IMG/VR virus record: IMGVR_UViG_3300020045_004509
Location: 58,707 to 122,706 of that record
Length of the DNA stretch: 64,000 nt
Source: a virus
Strand: one strand, 5' to 3'
The notes under the pieces were generated by a model that saw only the letters and a program-made list of their open reading frames with translations, did not search any database and had not been told where the DNA came from. Positions 57,873 through 64,000 of the stretch are shown piece by piece. The first letter of the stretch is position 1. Every line of letters starts with the position of its first letter. The position numbers and the translations under genes were made by a program.

Positions 57873-58133
57873 CTAAAGGTAGCTACAGTTGTTCATCATC
57901 ACAGAACCCCCCGGTGTCTTCTTTGCGATGTTTCTTAGAACATCCCGAAATCCATCTGATGGTTTTATAAGCCCTAAACGAATAGGATCGCCTAAACTTG
58001 GGCATCCCCGAATAACACGTTCAGATTCGGCATCACATTCAGGGCATGATTGAACGTCATGCATATTTGCAATTTTTACATTGCGTTCAAATTCATGGGA
58101 ACATGTTTTACATTGGTAGTCATAGATCGGCAA
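57873..58133 (-). CDS. FmdB-family zinc-ribbon protein
   Basis: PIYDYQC..C...FE...CPEC and GFRDVL..I; TTG start. Confidence 0.8.
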   Translation of the reverse strand: MPIYDYQCKTCSHEFERNVKIANMHDVQSCPECDAESERVIRGCPSLGDPIRLGLIKPSDGFRDVLRNIAKKTPGGSVMMNNCSYL

Positions 58134-58194
58134 AATATATCCTTAATAATATGTTTATAATTCTTTAACAAGAAACCCTAATGATATTTAGTCG

Positions 58195-60405
58195 TTAGGC
58201 AGTTGACGTAACCCTTGAATATGCTTCAAGAATAGAATCTCTAAATGTTTTTTTAGATTCGGTTACTTGTTTTGGTCGCATTTCCCAATTGTCTTTCAAC
58301 GCCTGAATGATATCAGGATGATTCAAATCAGTTGCCGTTCTATTTTTTATTTTGTCATACACAGATTTAAATGCGGTAGTAGAAGCTAAAGCAACATATT
58401 TCCCCAAATGTGTAGAATCATCAGTCGCATAATCCCTTGATCGATGCCCCCCTTGCATAGCATATGTTAATTCATGAGGCTTTGTAATCGGCAATAGTTC
58501 CCCTTTGCCATGATATTCGCCCCCAGAAAGAAGCATATCATCGGACAGTTGATGGGAAATCTTTTCCCCATTAGTATTTTTATTCAATCCCCGAACAAAA
58601 TCCCTCTGACTATCTTCGGAAGCATCTTCATGATGAATAATATGATCTGCTAATTTATGATCAGCATGTTTCCCCATATGTTCAACTGCCCCTTTAGTAT
58701 CCCAAACATCCCCATGGGGAAACATAGATGTGTCAGAATCAAAAATATGATGAATCGTTCTTGGATTCTTCGTCAATTCTACAGGATGAACTTTATCAAG
58801 ATGGGTTGAATTAGTATCAATAAGATTATCATAATAGTTTTGATTCTTTGGGGCAAACATATGATTCAAAATCTTAGCATGTAGTTCATGACTATCGGGA
58901 TGATCAAGAAATGCAGAATTGATCATGGAAGCGTGAACATCTTTTAGGGCTTCATGATCATTATCCTCCGTATGTTCCATTCCGTTATGAATTTTATCTA
59001 GGTTTACTATTTTTTGATCAACTGGCATTTCTTTGATGCCTTTATCGACATCATAGTTTTGACCTAATCGTTTAATAGCCCAGTGATGAATTGCGTCATC
59101 ACCATCAATATCATCTAATGTATAGTTTTCGCTAAATTTAGTTCTATATTCATTTTGTCGATTTCCATCTTCTTTATATGAATGATCTGCGATATGATGA
59201 ATGACTACATTAGCCAATTCTGGTTTGGATAAATGTTTGTGTAATTTATCTAAAGTATCTAATGTATCATCTTTTACTTGTTCTGCATTATTATCCCCCC
59301 ATTCTGGATCAGAAAGACCTTGTTGAGCATTTCTGCCATTATGAATAATTGCTTCCGCAATTTTTGGGGCATGGGTAATCAATTCATGATGGGTAAGATG
59401 TTCCATTCCTTCCACCTTCATGGATTCCCCATCATCATTATACAATTCAGAAGGTTTTAAATATACGCCGGGTTTAGATGGATATTTTTCTTTGGTGAAA
59501 TCATCAGTCTGACTAATAAAAGATTTTGGGATCATTCCATATTGACGTTTTTCGGCCCGATAAATCACATGATCATCAATGGATTGAAATTTCTTTAGAT
59601 TGATTCGCCCAATTGGATTCTTGACACCATCATCCCCAACTTTTGTTAGATATGCAGTTGCAGTCCCATGATAAATATCTTGGGGAAGATAATGCTTATT
59701 TGAACCGTCTACCATATTCATACATGATGACCAACCCCGATCAGTGGACATTCCACAAACATCGTATTTATTTCGGGTAATAACAATTTGTTTTGGGGTT
59801 TTTGCAGCAGACCGAACTGGATCGGCATCATATACTTGACCAAGGGTTAACGGTTTTGGTTCAACCGATACAATTTTATTACCGTGTTTATCCGTTAAAA
59901 TCTTGCCAGTTTCGGATACTTTGTATTTTGGTTTACTATAAATTCTTGTCATAGTATCAGCAACCCCAATATTCTCTAATGCTTTGCGAATTTTAATTTT
60001 TCGATTTGGGGTATCGATGTGATGGGTTAACCCAGAAAGATAATTATCTACAACATACCCTTTCTTATGCAATTCATCAAATACCATATGATGATGAACG
60101 GCATTTATATTTGCTATTTTTGGGGTTGTTCTAAAATTTGATGATGTGATTAATGGGTCTTTTGAATCGTCATAAGGAAGAACGATTCTATCTACCCCTT
60201 TCCCGAAAACCGCATCATGTTCAGGGTATCCCCTATATGATGTATCCATTTTATCAACTTTTGCTTTCTGTTTATCCGTCAAATCTTCATTCAGCTTATC
60301 GGGCGAATTGATAGCATCAAAAATAATATTGTTATAATGTGCTTTTTCAGCATCAGAATATTTGTGCGTTAAGAAATTTTCAGGAAGTTCGAATAGATTG
60401 TACAT
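58195..60405 (-). CDS. Large late protein, paralog family member 4
   Basis: DPVR...DV.GMSTDRGWSSCM...GRI...RQYG core. Confidence 0.75.
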   Translation of the reverse strand: MYNLFELPENFLTHKYSDAEKAHYNNIIFDAINSPDKLNEDLTDKQKAKVDKMDTSYRGYPEHDAVFGKGVDRIVLPYDDSKDPLITSSNFRTTPKIANINAVHHHMVFDELHKKGYVVDNYLSGLTHHIDTPNRKIKIRKALENIGVADTMTRIYSKPKYKVSETGKILTDKHGNKIVSVEPKPLTLGQVYDADPVRSAAKTPKQIVITRNKYDVCGMSTDRGWSSCMNMVDGSNKHYLPQDIYHGTATAYLTKVGDDGVKNPIGRINLKKFQSIDDHVIYRAEKRQYGMIPKSFISQTDDFTKEKYPSKPGVYLKPSELYNDDGESMKVEGMEHLTHHELITHAPKIAEAIIHNGRNAQQGLSDPEWGDNNAEQVKDDTLDTLDKLHKHLSKPELANVVIHHIADHSYKEDGNRQNEYRTKFSENYTLDDIDGDDAIHHWAIKRLGQNYDVDKGIKEMPVDQKIVNLDKIHNGMEHTEDNDHEALKDVHASMINSAFLDHPDSHELHAKILNHMFAPKNQNYYDNLIDTNSTHLDKVHPVELTKNPRTIHHIFDSDTSMFPHGDVWDTKGAVEHMGKHADHKLADHIIHHEDASEDSQRDFVRGLNKNTNGEKISHQLSDDMLLSGGEYHGKGELLPITKPHELTYAMQGGHRSRDYATDDSTHLGKYVALASTTAFKSVYDKIKNRTATDLNHPDIIQALKDNWEMRPKQVTESKKTFRDSILEAYSRVTSTA

Positions 60406-60406
60406 A

Positions 60407-60577
60407 TTATTTTTGTTTTAGTTGTTCAAGGATGTGATTCTGTTTGGAATGCCATTCATCAGGAATATGTTCTTCATTTTGAACAGCATCAATTGCTTCA
60501 AATAAAGGACATGAAAACTTCTGAATTTTTGATTCGGAATAAATATTTCGGTAAGCAGATTGGATTGGATCAAACAT
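60407..60577 (-). CDS. Small late protein (56 aa)
   Basis: Found by hand (MFDPIQSAYRNIYSESK...); TTAAATA upstream. Confidence 0.55.
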   Translation of the reverse strand: MFDPIQSAYRNIYSESKIQKFSCPLFEAIDAVQNEEHIPDEWHSKQNHILEQLKQK

Positions 60578-60636
60578 AGAATTCTTTTAAAGATGGTTTG
60601 ATATATTTAAGAATGTGGTAGAATTGGGAAAAGGAA

Positions 60637-62085
60637 ATGAAACTTATGGATGAAGAACGTGTACGCGAAAAATTAGTAGCTCACTGCTACACCCCCGAAG
60701 GTAAATCAAGAGGGGCAAGATTGGGGGAACCATATCTAAGAAAAAACGGCTTCAATTCTGAAGTTGATTTTGTGCTTTCTGTGTGTTCTGGTATCGTTCC
60801 GAACGATTATTTATTTTCTCGAAAACTTTCCATCTTTTGTAAAGATAGAGTCTATGTTCCCCACTGTAAAACGTGTGGGGTTGAGTATTTTCAGTGGTCA
60901 TCTAAGAAAAATGATTGGTCAGAATTTTGTTCACAAAAGTGTATTCAGAATGATCCTGAAGTAAAGGCAAGAAATCAATATGGTCAAAGGGATGTCAATT
61001 GGGGAAAGACTATTGACAAACGTAAGATCACCATGCAAGAAAAGTATGGGGTTGAATCTTGGTCACAATTAGATGAATCTAAACAAGATTTTGTTATTAG
61101 GACAAAGGAAGCATCGATTAAGAACAAAGAAAATAAAATAACTAATCAAATAATAGACGAGTCGATATTAAATGGCAATCCGATTGTTATTGTCAAAGAA
61201 CAAAATGTTATTGATGTCGTATCCCCTATTAGTAAGCAGGGGTTTTATGAATTTATTTTTGGTATAAATCCAACAGCAATCCAATCATATAACAAGTTGT
61301 TTGAATTTGATATTGATGTTTTTATGGCAGAAAAGAATCTTGGAATTATGTTCAATGGTACATACTGGAATTCTGAAGCAGAAAAATCTTATTCTTATAA
61401 TCGGGAAAGGGTTGAATATTTCCATTCTAAAGGAATTAGGATTGTTCAGATTTGGGAAGATGATTGGAACAATAAACCAGAAGTGGTTAAGAAATTTATT
61501 AAGAATCTTCTGAATGACAACAAAGACCGTATTGGGGCAAGAAAGACAAAAGTAGTAAATCTTTCCAAGACCGAATATGAATCGTTTATGAATGAAAATC
61601 ATATGCAAGGCAAAACAAGTTCATCTGTGCGACTTGGGTTAGAATACGAAGGGAACATTGTATCAGCAATGGGATTTAAGAATATACCAGTTAACATAAA
61701 ACCTGTTGCTGAAGGTATTGGGTATGAACTGAATCGGTTTGCTAATACTAATGTCACTGGCGCTTTCACAAAACTTCTTTCATATTTTGAAAAGAATCAT
61801 GAAGTAGATTTCATAACAAGCTTTGGGGATATGGAAATCGTTAGTATGGATTCAAATGTTTACACTAAGAATGGATTTTCTGAAATTTATCGGATTAGGG
61901 AAGATTACCGTTATTATGACTACAGGACAGATAAACGGGAACACAAATTTAATTTTAGGAAAAGTCGGTTTTCTGCAATAGGGTATAATATTGAAAATAA
62001 AACGGAAACAGAATTAGCAAAGGAACATAAGTTACTAAGAACATATGATTCTGGAAAAATTCAATATTTGAAGAAACTGAAATGA
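60637..62085 (+). CDS. Hef-like endonuclease-family protein with C-terminal GNAT-like domain
   Basis: CxxC/CxxxC, EKYGV, FNG.YW.S, IWED.W, ARK...NH.QG, ELNRF and YDSG motifs. Confidence 0.7.
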   Translation: MKLMDEERVREKLVAHCYTPEGKSRGARLGEPYLRKNGFNSEVDFVLSVCSGIVPNDYLFSRKLSIFCKDRVYVPHCKTCGVEYFQWSSKKNDWSEFCSQKCIQNDPEVKARNQYGQRDVNWGKTIDKRKITMQEKYGVESWSQLDESKQDFVIRTKEASIKNKENKITNQIIDESILNGNPIVIVKEQNVIDVVSPISKQGFYEFIFGINPTAIQSYNKLFEFDIDVFMAEKNLGIMFNGTYWNSEAEKSYSYNRERVEYFHSKGIRIVQIWEDDWNNKPEVVKKFIKNLLNDNKDRIGARKTKVVNLSKTEYESFMNENHMQGKTSSSVRLGLEYEGNIVSAMGFKNIPVNIKPVAEGIGYELNRFANTNVTGAFTKLLSYFEKNHEVDFITSFGDMEIVSMDSNVYTKNGFSEIYRIREDYRYYDYRTDKREHKFNFRKSRFSAIGYNIENKTETELAKEHKLLRTYDSGKIQYLKKLK

Positions 62086-62882
62086 AACTAGAAGAAATCC
62101 AATCAATAGTCAATGCGCTGTCAGTAAACTATAAAACTTTGTTAACAAAGTATGCATCTGATCCAACTAAATTTTCTGCGTGTTCATCATGGGCAAAACC
62201 TATTGTTGGTGCTATCAAAAATTTATATCTGAACTATCCATTCTATGAAGCAATTCATCTTTTAAAAGAAGGTAGACTTGAAGGAAACAACTGTCCTGTA
62301 TGTGACACAAAATTAGAATTCAGAAAATCTGTATATTCATATAAGAAATTTTGTTCTAATGAATGTAAAGTTAAAGTCATGCCGAATAATGCGGCTGAAT
62401 CGATTGTTATAGATGGAATTGTGTATAAAGATTTTTCAAGTGCAATGAAAGTAGTCAACACAACACGGGCAGCAATTAGACAAAAGATATTCATGCCAGA
62501 ATATCCAAATTATCGTTGGGAAGGTAATCATGATGCAAAATGTATTCAAAAACTAACTGATATCGATTTAAGATTGGCAACCTCAGATTATTTGATTGAT
62601 TGGAAATTATCAGGGAAGTCCCAACAAGTGTTAGTTGATGAAATCAGTAAGGATATGGAAACCATTAGGTTTGCTTTGTGGTATCATCAGATCGATCCCG
62701 ATTTTATTCAGATAGATAAAGGAACTTATGACTTTCTGACAAGCGAAATTGAATTTACTAAGATGTTCAATTCAATGAGTATGGAAAGTATGGCATACAA
62801 ATTGAATGTCCATGTTGGGACAATTACAAATTATGCTAAGAAATATAATCTGAAAGCTAATGTTGGGTTCTTCTGGTGGTAA
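62082..62882 (+). CDS. Truncated endonuclease-associated DNA-binding protein (Zn finger and HTH; no nuclease domain seen)
   Basis: CPVC...FCS.EC and C-terminal HTH-like MA..LNV...TI..YAKKY; the frame runs into gene 23 sequence. Confidence 0.55.
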   Translation: MKLEEIQSIVNALSVNYKTLLTKYASDPTKFSACSSWAKPIVGAIKNLYLNYPFYEAIHLLKEGRLEGNNCPVCDTKLEFRKSVYSYKKFCSNECKVKVMPNNAAESIVIDGIVYKDFSSAMKVVNTTRAAIRQKIFMPEYPNYRWEGNHDAKCIQKLTDIDLRLATSDYLIDWKLSGKSQQVLVDEISKDMETIRFALWYHQIDPDFIQIDKGTYDFLTSEIEFTKMFNSMSMESMAYKLNVHVGTITNYAKKYNLKANVGFFWW

Positions 62883-63672
62883 TGCTTTTGGTTCAATGGC
62901 TTTGACTATTGAAAAGAAAGCTGTTGAAGCTAAGACCCGTGCGTTGAAAGCTGAATACAGCGTTGAATTGGTTCAAGACTTGAAAGCATTGCATGGTCTG
63001 GATGCTGAACAAGAATTGATCAATATTCTTTCTACTGAAATCACTGCTGAAATTAACCGCGAAATTATCCGTACTATTGCAGTATCTGCTAAACCGGGTG
63101 CTCAGGCAACCGTTACCCCAGGTACTTTTGATATGGATCAAGATGCTGGTGGTCGTTGGTCAGTTGAGAAGTTTAAAGGTTTGATGTTCCAAATCGAACG
63201 TGATGCAAACGTTATCGCTCAACAAACCCGTTTGGGTCGGGGTAACTTCGTTATCTGTTCTTCAGACGTAGCTTCTGCTTTGGCAATGGCTGGTGTTCTT
63301 GACTTCAACCCAGCATTGCAAGGTGTTGATGTTGTTGATGAAGCTTCTACTACTTTTGCTGGTATCTTGAATGGTCGTTTTAAGGTGTTTGTTGATCCTT
63401 ACCTCGCTAATGGTGGTTCAAATACCCATTATGCAGTTATTGGTCACAAAGGTCAGAATCCTTACCAAGCTGGTTTGTTCTATGCACCATATCAGCCTTT
63501 GCAACTGTTCCGTGCTGTTGATCCTAACACGTTCCAACCAAAATTGGCTTTCCGTCAAAGATATGGCGTGGTCGCCCATCCTTATGCTGACGCTACCAAT
63601 GTGTCTACTAATGGTTTGACTGCAAATACCAATGTGTTTTTTAGACGTATCAAGGTTACAAATCTTTTGTAA
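62860..63672 (+). CDS. 23: Major capsid protein gp23, C-terminal portion only (270 aa)
   Basis: IEK..V.AKTRALKAEYS.EL.QDLK..HGLDAE.EL.NILSTEI..EINRE, GRW.VEKFKGL and FYAPY motifs; in-frame TGA at 62851. Confidence 0.9.
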   Translation: MLGSSGGNAFGSMALTIEKKAVEAKTRALKAEYSVELVQDLKALHGLDAEQELINILSTEITAEINREIIRTIAVSAKPGAQATVTPGTFDMDQDAGGRWSVEKFKGLMFQIERDANVIAQQTRLGRGNFVICSSDVASALAMAGVLDFNPALQGVDVVDEASTTFAGILNGRFKVFVDPYLANGGSNTHYAVIGHKGQNPYQAGLFYAPYQPLQLFRAVDPNTFQPKLAFRQRYGVVAHPYADATNVSTNGLTANTNVFFRRIKVTNLL

Positions 63673-63710
63673 TCAAATCTATATCAAGTAAAAATCTTGA
63701 TATTATAAAA

Positions 63711-63732
63711 TAGGGGCTTCGGCCCCTTTTTC
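63711..63732 (+). terminator. Rho-independent terminator after gene 23
   Basis: AGGGGC-TTCG-GCCCCT followed by a T run. Confidence 0.9.
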
Positions 63733-63748
63733 TATGGTTATCTCCGTT

Positions 63749-64000
63749 TCATGTTTTCCAACAAAATCTAAGATTTCCCGAATCCCAAATTCTGTCATAC
63801 CCGTTATCAATCATATTTTCAAATGCAGTCTTGTCTTTATCAAACGTAGGTAATAATTTTTCCAATTTGTGTTTCATGAATTGAAATCTTGAATGTAAGT
63901 AATATTCCTTTTTGCTAAACGCCCACCAATTAGGTTCGGTCACACAATCAAACACTAACCCATTATTATAACCACAATTGAATGCTGATGAATATCTTCT
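63749..64000 (-). CDS. C-terminus of another Hef-like protein (partial)
   Basis: RRYS...T.PNWW...R..F.KHKL...TAFENM...GYDRIWDSGN; open to the window end. Confidence 0.7.
   Translation of the reverse strand, partial: RRYSSAFNCGYNNGLVFDCVTEPNWWAFSKKEYYLHSRFQFMKHKLEKLLPTFDKDKTAFENMIDNGYDRIWDSGNLRFCWKT

Noticed and set aside
60580-62860. Group I intron carrying endonucleases inside gene 23
   Set aside because: There is no upstream capsid exon and no non-coding space for a ribozyme core before 62860.
1330-63619. Numerous short antisense or alternate-frame ORFs in the track (for example 1330, 9242, 11437, 39897, 52481)
   Set aside because: They are shadows of well-supported genes and have no RBS or recognisable motifs.

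Overview
This window is a 64 kb AT-rich fragment of a large T4-like (Tevenvirinae-related) myovirus genome read in the standard bacterial code, with gene order rearranged relative to T4. Structural genes include gp6, 25, 15, PAAR, 4, 48, a hub-like protein, 5, 53, 13 and a 3' part of 23. Replication and transcription genes include 39/60/52 topoisomerase, 61, 30, 55, 47, 46, 33, 59 and 32. The window also carries a class II RNR, denV, a C5 methyltransferase, two Mom-like proteins, two RNA ligases, a GH108 endolysin, several free-standing homing-endonuclease-like genes and tRNA or tRNA-like genes. Main observations: (1) A gene-60-type programmed ribosomal bypass that the ORF track missed: GGG take-off, UAG, UUCG hairpin, 44-nt gap, GGG landing, giving a 160-aa product. 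(2) A naturally split intein in NrdJ with an endonuclease between the halves. (3) A ~280-nt structured non-coding element with a ~7-nt periodic tract downstream of a coiled-coil gene. (4) tRNA-like genes with expanded or degenerate anticodon arms. (5) A shared three-way-junction leader upstream of two unrelated endonucleases. (6) Four large paralogous late proteins with a shared Ser-Cys core. (7) A major capsid gene that lacks its 5' half. All calls come from reading by eye and recalled family motifs; no searches or folding programs were run.
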